This document shows, in pieces, positions 17,590 to 27,116 of a stretch of DNA of 32,000 nt. The notes beneath the pieces are model-generated. The model saw only the letters and a list, made by a program, of their open reading frames with translations. It did no database searches and had not been told where the DNA came from. A program made the position numbers and the translations under genes. The DNA comes from Candidatus Kuenenia stuttgartensis. Lineage in GTDB: Bacteria; Planctomycetota; Brocadiia; Brocadiales; Brocadiaceae. The stretch lies in NCBI RefSeq assembly GCF_900232105.1, contig NZ_LT934425.1, positions 1,980,001 to 2,012,000 on the forward strand. Reading direction: 5' to 3'. Numbering within the stretch: the stretch's first letter is position 1; each line of letters begins with the position of its first letter.

Positions 17590-18672
17590 ATGAAGAACTA
17601 TTTAAGACTATTTCCTATATTCATATTTGTTGGCATTTTTACTATGTCTTCTGTATTTGCCGACGCAAATAGCGAAGCAAACAAATTTTACCTGGATGCG
17701 TACAATCTGTACAAGCTGGGGAAACTGGATGAATCTCTGGTATTGCTGGAAAAGGTAATAACTTTGAATCCCAATCACCCAGAGGCTCATTTTGGGATGG
17801 GAAGCATATACTTCCGCCAGGAAAAATTCCAAAAAGCCGTTGAAGCATTTACGAAGGTGACGGAAATCAAACCTAATTATGTGGAGGCATATCAACGGCT
17901 CTGGCTGGCATATAAAAAACTGGGCATGAGTGAAAAAGCCGAACAGGAACTCCTAAAATACCGCAAACTGATAGAAGACCGTATGCAGTCAATGTCGGGT
18001 GGTTCGCCTCAGGTGGTAAAACCAACGGCTCCCGCACAAAAGGAACCTGCGAAAGAAAAGGAACCTGCGAAAGAACAGGAAGAGAAACCAGCAGAACCGG
18101 CAGAAACAAAACAAGTGGCAAGGCCAGTGCCGGAAAAAATAACCCCATCGGGAACAACTAAATCGCCGGAATCGCATGTGACGGAATCCAAGCCGGCTGA
18201 AAAAGAACCCGTGGCCGAAGTTGCGAAAACGGAGGTGAAAAAGCAACCGGAACCCGTTGCCGTAGTACCTGTGAAACCGCAAAAAAAAGAGGCACAATCG
18301 CCTTCTGTTGTTGTTCCGCCGGAATCTCCGCCGGTTGTACCGGAAACAAGGCCTTTAAGACCGGAAAGTCCGTCGGTTGAACTGAAATATAAACCGCATC
18401 TCGATACGGAGTCTGCCGCCAAATATAAAAAATCTTACAAAGGCGACGATCCTACCCTGAAGGGTTTCATTAGAAAATTAAAATCCACGGCTTCATTTTT
18501 GATTAAAAATCCTTTCCGTAGAAGCGACGGAGCAACGGAAAAATCTTATTTTGCAAAACTGGTAAAGGGTGCAGTATATTATGTAGTGGTAATTCAAATT
18601 TGGTTATGCGTTGCTGCGGCGCTATGCATTTATTTTTCTAAACCGAGAAGTAACGACAAGGGAAATGTCTGA
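17590..18672 (+). CDS. TPR protein with Pro/Glu/Lys-rich linker and C-terminal TM
   Basis: Two TPR motifs (NPNHPEAHFGMGSIYFRQEKFQKAVEAF), low-complexity PAKEKEPAKEQEEKPAEPAE, terminal hydrophobic helix. Confidence 0.85.
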   Translation: MKNYLRLFPIFIFVGIFTMSSVFADANSEANKFYLDAYNLYKLGKLDESLVLLEKVITLNPNHPEAHFGMGSIYFRQEKFQKAVEAFTKVTEIKPNYVEAYQRLWLAYKKLGMSEKAEQELLKYRKLIEDRMQSMSGGSPQVVKPTAPAQKEPAKEKEPAKEQEEKPAEPAETKQVARPVPEKITPSGTTKSPESHVTESKPAEKEPVAEVAKTEVKKQPEPVAVVPVKPQKKEAQSPSVVVPPESPPVVPETRPLRPESPSVELKYKPHLDTESAAKYKKSYKGDDPTLKGFIRKLKSTASFLIKNPFRRSDGATEKSYFAKLVKGAVYYVVVIQIWLCVAAALCIYFSKPRSNDKGNV

Positions 18673-18692
18673 GTATAATAAGGATATAAACT

Positions 18693-19145
18693 ATGAAACT
18701 ATGCCCTTTTTGTGCAGAAGAAATTAAGGACGAAGCTATTAAGTGCCGTTTTTGCGGCGAATTTTTGACTTCTTCTCACGAAGAGGTCGGTGAAAGAGAG
18801 CCCAAAACCGGATATACTCCCTCATCTAAAAACCTCTATAAAAAAACAAGGCCTCAGAAGGGCAAAAAAACTCTTCCGCAACACATTGCTGGTAAGGAAG
18901 AAGAACGGCTAATGTCTCAACAACAATCGGAGGGGCAAACACCGCTTCAGACGGTTTATGCGCCGCCGGCAGTTGAAGTGAAGAAATCGATAAAAGAAGC
19001 ATCTGCCATTGTCTTCCCTGGAAAATCCGGCGAGGTAAAAAAGAAGAAAAAAGACTGGGTATTAATAATTGCGATTATTGTATTTGGTATTTTACTTCTG
19101 GTAATACAATTCAGCAAACAACTTGGCATAGAGGGATTTCCGTAA
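18693..19145 (+). CDS. Zinc-ribbon domain membrane protein
   Basis: MKLCPFCAEEIKDEAIKCRFCGEFL double CxxC plus C-terminal TM helix. Confidence 0.8.
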   Translation: MKLCPFCAEEIKDEAIKCRFCGEFLTSSHEEVGEREPKTGYTPSSKNLYKKTRPQKGKKTLPQHIAGKEEERLMSQQQSEGQTPLQTVYAPPAVEVKKSIKEASAIVFPGKSGEVKKKKKDWVLIIAIIVFGILLLVIQFSKQLGIEGFP

Positions 19146-19235
19146 TCTTCAGAACATCGTAGTTTTTTGAAAAATTCCAATAATAGCGATGTTTGCCTCA
19201 TAGTGTAGGGGCGAAGCATTTGCTGCAACTAAAAA

Positions 19236-19275
19236 GGGGTGCATCCCGCTCTTTTATAAAAGCGGTATGCACCCC
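19236..19275. terminator. Bidirectional hairpin between convergent genes
   Basis: GGGGTGCATCCCGCT (19236-19250) vs AGCGGTATGCACCCC (19261-19275), inverted, 14/15, short AT centre. Confidence 0.6.
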
Positions 19276-19314
19276 GGTATGCTTCCTTCCGCAGAGTAAA
19301 AGCTCTTATCGCCA

Positions 19315-20259
19315 CTACCTGAATGAAGGTATATCCTCAGATTCGGTTTCGGAAAGGATTGCTGCAACAGTCATTGTTATTCCACGAATTTCATTTCCAA
19401 TATAGCGTACCTTGCTTTTCCTGTCTAATACATATATCAAGGGTAAATTCTGCACATTATAAAGTTGGGCCAGTTCACCTTTAAATTGTTCTCCGTCAAA
19501 TATCTGCGGCCAATCAAACCGTTCTTGTTGCATAAAACTTATAAGGTTTTCAAGATCATTATCCAGACTTATTCCTATGAATTTCACCCCCTGACTTCCC
19601 AAATTGGTGTACATTCTCATGATCTTCGGAAATTCCTGGATGCATGGTTCTGCCCATGTCGCCCAGAAAAACAAGAGAACAACCTCGCCCTTGTAGTCCG
19701 CCAGGTTAACAGTCTTTCCATTTACATCCTTTACGCTGAACATTGGGGCTTCCACACCCATTTGTGTAGTGTTGCTCAAGTCTCCTCTAAAACTGGCGGC
19801 AGCCTGGGGTTCTATTTCTTTTAATGCCGCAATAGTTTTTTTTGCATTTACAACGTCACCCTTACCCAGAAGGGCCTGTATTTTAAAATAAAGCGTTCGC
19901 GCCTTAAAATTTTTGTCGACCCCTTCCTGACTCAATACAGTATCAAAGCATTTTACCGCCTCATCAAATTTTCTCGTCATGTTGTACACATTACCGATAA
20001 AAAAGGTTGCTTCCAGACCCTCCCAGGTTCCCTCGTATTTTTTTTCCAGTTTTTTTAAATCCTTAAGGAAATCTTTGTAGAAATTTTCAGCATCTTTTAA
20101 TTTCATTTCCGTTAACCCGCTCAGGTTTTTTCTTAGCAATTCAAGTTGTTTTGCAGCTTCCTGATTATGTGCAAGCTCCTTTGCAAAAGATACCTGGCTT
20201 ACAAAAGAAAAAAACAGTGCCGAAATTATTGTTACAACAAAAAGACAATTTTTCTTCAT
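19315..20259 (-). CDS. Secreted TlpA/redoxin-like thioredoxin-fold protein, start placed at internal ATG
   Basis: Signal peptide MKKNCLFVVTIISALFF...; VKDVNGKTVNLADYKGEVVLLFFWATWAEPCIQEFPKIMRMY; LPLIYVLDRKSKVRYIG. Confidence 0.88.
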   Translation of the reverse strand: MKKNCLFVVTIISALFFSFVSQVSFAKELAHNQEAAKQLELLRKNLSGLTEMKLKDAENFYKDFLKDLKKLEKKYEGTWEGLEATFFIGNVYNMTRKFDEAVKCFDTVLSQEGVDKNFKARTLYFKIQALLGKGDVVNAKKTIAALKEIEPQAAASFRGDLSNTTQMGVEAPMFSVKDVNGKTVNLADYKGEVVLLFFWATWAEPCIQEFPKIMRMYTNLGSQGVKFIGISLDNDLENLISFMQQERFDWPQIFDGEQFKGELAQLYNVQNLPLIYVLDRKSKVRYIGNEIRGITMTVAAILSETESEDIPSFR

Positions 20260-21074
20260 GGTATAAACTCCTAAAGTCCCTATGGATAATGTGATGTTAA
20301 AAAAATAACGCCTGTAATATAGCGGCAATTCAAGAATTGCAGTTGCTATAGTACTACACGGTGAAAGCTTATTTTTTGCGGGTTTTTTTCGCGGCCTTCA
20401 TGTTCTTCGCGGTTGAACTATTTTGGGTTTGCAGCTTTGCCTTCTATGTCAGCAAGGATACAAAACATGGCAACAGTCTGAGGGCAAAGCATTTGCTATA
20501 AATTGTCATGAATGCGTTCATACCCAAACGTGCAAATGCTTCGCCCTTACTTTTTAAAAAAACTAAAATGTTACAATAAATCTATTTTTCAGAAAGCCGC
20601 CTAAAGCCTGATTTATATTGAAAAGAAATAAGGGAAGGAGGGGGGAAATATTTTACACGTTCGTATTAACATGCTATGAATTTGAAAAGTTCCCGCAATC
20701 CTTACGTTAAAAAAGAATACAAGACAGCGGGCTATGCTAACACAGAATACATCCTTTATTCAAGACTCATTTTCGGTAAAATTATTAACACTATATGACA
20801 AACGCGGCTATCGTTGGAATTTTTTAAAAAACGAACTTGTTACGTTTTTTACAATGCTTATAGAAAAGGTGTGTTTTAAAATTTACGTTGCAAAAAAGCC
20901 GTCTTTCCTTTTAGAATGAAACTGGTGGTTTTCTTATTAATTTGATATTTACAGACAGTGTTCATGTTTTCGATAAAAAGATTTTTGTCACGGATGCCAT
21001 GTTTTTTATAATCCGATATTTTTAAAACCATTATCTATATTTTTATCAGATGAATAACCGGGAGTACGTATAAA

Positions 21075-22580
21075 ATGATACAAACGAAACGTCTCATATC
21101 TTTTGCAATCGTGAATTTTTTAGTCATCTTTCTTATTTCACTGAAGGCGCATGCCGAACCGCTCAAATTAGACGTAAAGGAACACGTTCTCGGGAACGGC
21201 CTGAAGCTGCTCATGCTGGAGAAACACGAGGTGCCTATTGTCTGCCTTCGGATTAATTTCCGGGTAGGTTCTGTGGATGAAAGGCCTGGTATTACCGGCG
21301 TTTCTCATCTCTTCGAGCACATGATGTTTAAGGGAACAAAAATATTTGGAACGAAAGATTATGCTGTCGAAAAACCGTTGCTTGAAAAAGAAGACGCGCT
21401 GGTAGCAGAAATTGCATGGGAAACCGGAAAAGAACTCCATGACAAGAAAAAAATTGCCGCATTAGAAAAAGAATTGCAAACGACAAGGGGAAGACTGCGG
21501 GATTTGGCGGTAAAGGATGAAATATTTTCCCTCTACCTGCGACATGGTGCGGTCGGATTAAATGCTGCAACATCTTCTGACGGCACGTTCTATATCTGCA
21601 ACATTCCCGCAAATAAACTGGAGTTGTGGGCTTTTATCGAATCAGACCGAATGAAAAACCGCGTATTAAGGGAATTCTATTCCGAACGTGACGTTGTAAT
21701 GGAAGAGCGGCGGACAAGAACGGAAACAAGCCCGTTTGGCGCATTAATAGAACAACTTAATGCGGTAACATTTATTGCGCATCCCTATCGTTTGCCCACA
21801 ATAGGATGGAGTTCAGATATTCAAAATCTAACAAAGGCGGAAACCGCCGGGTATTTTGAACAATATTATACCCCGAATAATGCCGTGATTGTGATGGTAG
21901 GGAATTTTAAGCAGGATGATGCAATAAAACTGATTGAAAAATATTTTGGCGATATTCCCCGCCAGCCTGACCCGCCAAAAGTTAAGACCGCTGAGCCTGA
22001 GCAAAAGGGAGAGCGGCGGATAGAGGTGGAGTTTGATTCGAACCCTTATATGGCTATTTCATATCACATTTCGGGAATAGACCACCCCGACATCTATGCA
22101 TTGGATGTATTGAGTTCCCTTCTTTCTGACGGAAGAACATCGCGTTTGTATAAATCTATGATCGAGGGAAAACGCATTGCAGTAATGGCGAATGCAGGCA
22201 TTGGCGTCGGAAGATTTCCGGAAACCTTTACCTTTTATGCCGCCCCCAGAGCCCCCCATACCGTTGAAGAGGTAGAGGCGGCGTTTTATGAGGAAGTAGA
22301 ATTGCTCAAAACCAAGCCTCCATCTGAATGGGAGTTGCAAAAGATTAAAAATCAATTGGAGGCAAGCTTCATACGAAGGCTGGAAAGTGCCTCCGGCCTT
22401 GCCAGTGAGATAGGGTATTATGAGATTATTTCCGACTGGAGGTATATTAACACCGTTCTGGAAAAAGTAAGCGAAGTCACTGCTGAGGATGTCACAAGGG
22501 TTGCAAAGAAATATCTGATAAAGAAAAACCGTACCGTTGCTATGTTGGTTAAGAAAGAAAATGGGGAGAGTGCAAAGTGA
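21075..22580 (+). CDS. M16 family zinc metallopeptidase, catalytic subunit
   Basis: HxxEH motif in GVSHLFEHMMFKGT; later ERRTRTETSPFG region typical of M16. Confidence 0.92.
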   Translation: MIQTKRLISFAIVNFLVIFLISLKAHAEPLKLDVKEHVLGNGLKLLMLEKHEVPIVCLRINFRVGSVDERPGITGVSHLFEHMMFKGTKIFGTKDYAVEKPLLEKEDALVAEIAWETGKELHDKKKIAALEKELQTTRGRLRDLAVKDEIFSLYLRHGAVGLNAATSSDGTFYICNIPANKLELWAFIESDRMKNRVLREFYSERDVVMEERRTRTETSPFGALIEQLNAVTFIAHPYRLPTIGWSSDIQNLTKAETAGYFEQYYTPNNAVIVMVGNFKQDDAIKLIEKYFGDIPRQPDPPKVKTAEPEQKGERRIEVEFDSNPYMAISYHISGIDHPDIYALDVLSSLLSDGRTSRLYKSMIEGKRIAVMANAGIGVGRFPETFTFYAAPRAPHTVEEVEAAFYEEVELLKTKPPSEWELQKIKNQLEASFIRRLESASGLASEIGYYEIISDWRYINTVLEKVSEVTAEDVTRVAKKYLIKKNRTVAMLVKKENGESAK

Positions 22581-24064
22581 GCATAAAAAGATATCAGCAT
22601 CTTATTATATGTGTAGTCTGTTTCGTATGTGTTTTTTCTATAAACAATTTCCGGACACTACGTGCGGAGCACCAAAAAGAGGTACCTCCCTCCTCCGGCA
22701 AGCCTAAATCCGAAGGAGCAAGGATATTATCAAAATTTAAATTTGCACCTCTCGGCTTTAATCCTCCAAAGGCAGAGAGGCTGGTGTTGGATAACGGCGT
22801 AATCCTTTACTTGCTGGAAAATCATGATTTACCGATTATAAATGTAACGGCGCGAATCAGAACAGGGGCTATTTATGAACCAGCGGAAAAGGCCGGGCTG
22901 GCAAGTTTGACGGGAGATGTTATGCGGAGCGGTGGCACGGTATCCATGCCGCCTGACAAAATGAATGAGGAACTGGAATTCATAGCAGCCTCAGTGGAGA
23001 CTTTTATAGGCAGAGAGTCAGGCGGTGCAAGCCTCTCCGTGCTTAAAAAAGACATGGACAAAGGGCTTAGGATTTTTGCCGACGTGCTGAGAAATCCCGC
23101 ATTTCCCGAAGACAAAATAAGGATGGAAAAGGATGAAACCATTGAATCCATCCGAAGGGAAAACGACCGGCCACAGCAAATCGCAGGGAGAGAATTTCGC
23201 AAGATACTCTATGAAAGCAGTCATCCGTACAGCAGAAGAGTGGACGGCACTCTGGAATCCATAGAAAAAATTACGAGAAACGACATGATTGCATTTCATA
23301 AAAAATTTTTCCGTCCGAACAATATAATAATTGGCATTTCCGGCGATTTTGACCGAAAAGCGATGATTAGTAAATTGAATGAGGTTTTTAAGGGATGGGA
23401 AAAGGGGAAAAACATTATCCCTGATATACCAAAGGTCAAATACGAACTAAACAAATCGGTAAACTACGTATATAAAGACATCAATCAGGCAAACGTCATC
23501 ATGGGGCACCTGGGGATACACAGGAGGAGCCCTGACTATTTCCCCATTGAGATTATGAATTTTATTCTTGGCGGCGGAGGGTTTAATGCCCGAATAACAA
23601 GCAGGATACGTTCCGATGAAGGGCTTGCTTATTCAGCATTTAGCAGTTTTCAAACATCTCAGGACCTTGGCATGTTTTATGTAATGTGCCAGACCAAACT
23701 GGAATCCACCAATCGCGCTATTTCAATTGCGCTGGAGGAAATCGAAAGAATGCGCACCACACCGGTAGACAATGAAGAATTAACGCATGCCAAAGAGACT
23801 TTCTTAAATCAGTTTGTTTTCCGTTTTACTACAAGCGCGAGCATTGTTGCGCAAATGGTAGATATTGAATACGAAGGCCTGCCGCTGGACTATCTGGAAA
23901 CGTATGAGAATAATATCCAGGCAGTGTCTGTTGAAGACATAAAAAGGGTGGCACAAAAATATTTACACCCGGACAAAATCTGCATCCTTGTTGTTGGAAA
24001 TAAGGATAAATTTGACAAACCGCTTGACACTTTCGGCAAGGTCAACGAGGTCTTGTTGGAGTAA
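22577..24064 (+). CDS. M16 family protein, non-catalytic partner (no HxxEH)
   Basis: M16-like domain (LTGDVMRSGGTVSMPPDKMNEELEFIAASVE; NFILGGGGFNARITSRIRSDEGLAYSAFSSF); GTGA 4-nt overlap with the upstream gene. Confidence 0.9.
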   Translation: MSIKRYQHLIICVVCFVCVFSINNFRTLRAEHQKEVPPSSGKPKSEGARILSKFKFAPLGFNPPKAERLVLDNGVILYLLENHDLPIINVTARIRTGAIYEPAEKAGLASLTGDVMRSGGTVSMPPDKMNEELEFIAASVETFIGRESGGASLSVLKKDMDKGLRIFADVLRNPAFPEDKIRMEKDETIESIRRENDRPQQIAGREFRKILYESSHPYSRRVDGTLESIEKITRNDMIAFHKKFFRPNNIIIGISGDFDRKAMISKLNEVFKGWEKGKNIIPDIPKVKYELNKSVNYVYKDINQANVIMGHLGIHRRSPDYFPIEIMNFILGGGGFNARITSRIRSDEGLAYSAFSSFQTSQDLGMFYVMCQTKLESTNRAISIALEEIERMRTTPVDNEELTHAKETFLNQFVFRFTTSASIVAQMVDIEYEGLPLDYLETYENNIQAVSVEDIKRVAQKYLHPDKICILVVGNKDKFDKPLDTFGKVNEVLLE

Positions 24065-24103
24065 GCTCCGGAAATACCCGCAAAAAACGAGGCTGAATAA
24101 ACC

Positions 24104-24592
24104 ATGGTTGAAACAATGGCGATAACAATGGAGCTGCCGGAGGGGGCAAATATAATAATCGGCCAGGCCCATTTCATAAAAACGGCAGAGGATATTTACG
24201 AAACCCTTATAAATGCAGCGCCGGGAATAAAATTTGGCATTGCGTTTTGCGAAGCTTCCGGCCCCAGGCTTATAAGAATCGAGGGGAACGATGAATATCT
24301 GCAGGAGACGTCCGCAAGAAATGCGAAAAACATTGCCGCAGGCCATACATTTGTAATCCTAATGAAAGAGGCATATCCCATAAATGTATTAAATGCCCTG
24401 AAATTATGTCCAGAGGTGTGTACTGTTTTTTGTGCTACCGCCAATCCCCTTCAGGTTATTGTGGCCAAAACAGTGCAGGGGAACGGCATAATCGGCGTAG
24501 TTGACGGATATAGTCCGGCAGGGACCGAAACTGAAAAAGATATTAGGGACAGAAGACAACTATTGCGTAAAATAGGATATAAGCTCCCTTGA
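24104..24592 (+). CDS. Adenosine-specific kinase family (COG1839-like)
   Basis: ANIIIGQAHFIKTAEDIYETLINAAPGIKFGIAFCEASGPRLIRIEGND...GIIGVVDGYSPAGTE. Confidence 0.85.
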   Translation: MVETMAITMELPEGANIIIGQAHFIKTAEDIYETLINAAPGIKFGIAFCEASGPRLIRIEGNDEYLQETSARNAKNIAAGHTFVILMKEAYPINVLNALKLCPEVCTVFCATANPLQVIVAKTVQGNGIIGVVDGYSPAGTETEKDIRDRRQLLRKIGYKLP

Positions 24593-25455
24593 ACTGGCTT
24601 TTCATTTCTCTCTTTTGTGCATTTTGCGTGGCAACCGCTGATGCACTGAGCAAAAAGGTTCTAAAAGAAAAAAACGAGTATATTGTTTTATGGGTGCGCA
24701 TTGGATTTGCCTCTCCGTTTTTGCTGTGTTTCCTGCCTTTCATAGAAATACCAACACTGGACCACATCTTTTTTCTTATTCTCATCTTCCTTGTCCCGTT
24801 GGAGACAACCGCACTCATATTGTATATGAAGGCGATAAAAATTTCACCGTTGTCAATGACATTGCCTTTCCTTGCATTAAGTCCGGGGTTTTTAATAGTA
24901 ACCTCAAATATCATCCTTGGCGAAAGGCTGCATAAGCACGGCATTATCGGTGTACTGCTTGTCACATTGGGTGCGTATTTGCTTAATGTAAAAATGAGCC
25001 GGCAGGGAATATTGCAGCCGTTTAAGGCAATTTTGAGGGAACGCGGCTCTGTTTACATGATCATTGTCGCCTTTATCTACAGCATTACCTCCAATTTGGG
25101 GAAATTGGCGATCCAGCATTCCAGCCCGTTGTTTTTTTCAGCAACCTATTTTCCATTCCTGTCGTTAGTTCTTTTTCCTCTTCTTCTGTGGAAAAATAAT
25201 GGCAAAATAAGACAGCCGTTGAGTTCTCATCTCGCTATCTTTATTTTAATAGGATTGTTGATCGTGTTTTCAACGGTCAGCCACTTCTACGCGGTGACAT
25301 TAACAGAAGTCCCCTATTTCATCTCGGTGAAAAGGACGAGTCTGCTTTTCGGCATTCTCTATGGGGCAATTTTGTTTAAAGAAAAAAATATTGCCGAACG
25401 ACTTGTCGGGGGGATGGTAATGTTTGCAGGAGTTATTGTTATTCTCTTGTTTTAG
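24589..25455 (+). CDS. EamA/DMT family transporter
   Basis: About ten hydrophobic helices; ILGERLHKHGIIGVLLVTLGAYLLN and GAILFKEKNIAERLVGGMVMFAGVIVI repeats; TTG start overlapping upstream TGA. Confidence 0.85.
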   Translation: MNWLFISLFCAFCVATADALSKKVLKEKNEYIVLWVRIGFASPFLLCFLPFIEIPTLDHIFFLILIFLVPLETTALILYMKAIKISPLSMTLPFLALSPGFLIVTSNIILGERLHKHGIIGVLLVTLGAYLLNVKMSRQGILQPFKAILRERGSVYMIIVAFIYSITSNLGKLAIQHSSPLFFSATYFPFLSLVLFPLLLWKNNGKIRQPLSSHLAIFILIGLLIVFSTVSHFYAVTLTEVPYFISVKRTSLLFGILYGAILFKEKNIAERLVGGMVMFAGVIVILLF

Positions 25456-25661
25456 GGCAGCCCTGAGCTGTTCCGGAATTCGGGGGACACCATACGTAGT
25501 TATTGACTCAATGTTGAAAAACAGCTAAGATTCCCCGTGGTCAGGATTGCTCGTGTGGCAGTCCCAGTCTCATGCTATGACGTCAGAATTCTGCTATACC
25601 ATAATTATGCAGTTTAATGCCGGACGGCAAGTGAAAATATTTTTACCCGGGAGAAACCGCC

Positions 25662-27116
25662 TTGTTTGAACAAACCTTCAAGAATATAGACGACATCCTC
25701 CACAAAGACGCCGGTTGCAGCAGCGAACTGGACTATGTGGAGCAGACCTCGTGGATTCTTTTCCTGAAATATCTGGATGATTTTGAGAAGGATAAGAAAA
25801 CCGCGGCAGAGCTTGCCGGTAAATACTATGAAGGTATTATTGACAAACAATACAAATGGGAAGTCTGGGCAGTGCCCAAAGGCAAAGACGGCAAGATCGA
25901 TCATCATAAGGCGCTTACCGGCGATGACCTGAAAGACTTTGTTGACCACAAGCTGTTCCCTTACCTGAAAAAATTCAAAACGTCAGCCGAAAGCGCCGAC
26001 ACCATCGAATACAAGGTCGGCGAGATTTTCAGCGAGCTGAAAAACAAGATTCAGAGCGGCTATAACCTGCGCGAAGTCATTAATCGTATCGATGAACTCC
26101 GCTTTCGCTCCCACGCTGAGAAGCATGAGATGTCGCACCTGTACGAAAACAAAATCAAGAATATGGGCAACGCCGGCAGAAACGGCGGCGAATACTACAC
26201 GCCCCGTCCGCTCATAAAAACCATCGTGAAGGTGGTTGCACCCACCATCGGCAACAAGGTGTATGACGGCGCGGTCGCTTCGGCGGGCTTCCTGGCGGAG
26301 GCTTTTGAATATCTGAAAACCAGCAAGAACCTAACCACCAAAGATGCGGAGACACTTCAGAAAAGAACCTTCTACGGAAAGGAAAAGAAGTCGCTCGCCT
26401 ACATCATCGGCACGATGAACATGATTCTGCACGGCATCGAAGCGCCCAACATCGTGCATACCAACACGCTGACGGAAAACATGGCCGATATCCAGGAAAA
26501 AGACCGTTACGACGTCATCCTTGCCAATCCCCCGTTTGGCGGTAAGGAACGCACCGAGGTGCAGCAGAACTTCCCTATCAAAACCGGCGAAACGGCTTTT
26601 CTGTTCCTTCAGCATTTCATCAAAATCCTGAAAGCGGGCGGAAAAGCGGGTGTGGTGATTAAGAATACCTTTCTTTCCAACACTGATAATGCGTCCGTAT
26701 CTTTGCGCAAACTGTTATTGGAAAGTTGTAATCTGCATACGGTGCTGGATCTGCCCGGCGGCACCTTTACCGGTGCGGGCGTCAAAACAGTGGTGCTGTT
26801 TTTTGAAAAAGGCGTACCAACTCAAAACGTCTGGTTTTATCAGCTCAATCTGGACAGAAAACTCGGCAAGACCAACCCGTTGAACGAAAACGATCTGGCG
26901 GAGTTTGTAGAATTACAAAAGACCAAGGCCAATTCGGAAAACTCATGGTCGGTGAATGTGGCCGATGTAGATAAAACCACATTCGGCCTGTCGGTGAAGA
27001 ATCCGCATAAAAAAGATGAACCCGCGCTACGTGAACCGGGAATAATTTTGGACGAGATGAAGGCGCTGGATGAAGAGAGTGAAATGATTTTCAAAAATAT
27101 TTTAAGGATTTTATGA
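25662..27116 (+). CDS. hsdM: Type I restriction-modification N6-adenine DNA methyltransferase subunit
   Basis: GRNGGEYYTPRPLIKTIVKVVAP, VYDGAVASAGFLAEAFEYL (motif I), DVILANPPFGGKE (motif IV NPPF). Confidence 0.95.
   Translation: MFEQTFKNIDDILHKDAGCSSELDYVEQTSWILFLKYLDDFEKDKKTAAELAGKYYEGIIDKQYKWEVWAVPKGKDGKIDHHKALTGDDLKDFVDHKLFPYLKKFKTSAESADTIEYKVGEIFSELKNKIQSGYNLREVINRIDELRFRSHAEKHEMSHLYENKIKNMGNAGRNGGEYYTPRPLIKTIVKVVAPTIGNKVYDGAVASAGFLAEAFEYLKTSKNLTTKDAETLQKRTFYGKEKKSLAYIIGTMNMILHGIEAPNIVHTNTLTENMADIQEKDRYDVILANPPFGGKERTEVQQNFPIKTGETAFLFLQHFIKILKAGGKAGVVIKNTFLSNTDNASVSLRKLLLESCNLHTVLDLPGGTFTGAGVKTVVLFFEKGVPTQNVWFYQLNLDRKLGKTNPLNENDLAEFVELQKTKANSENSWSVNVADVDKTTFGLSVKNPHKKDEPALREPGIILDEMKALDEESEMIFKNILRIL

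Noticed and set aside
18039-18074. Two perfect 18-bp tandem units (AAAGGAACCTGCGAAAGA) considered as a CRISPR or functional repeat
   Set aside because: In-frame low-complexity KEPAKE linker of the TPR protein; no spacers.
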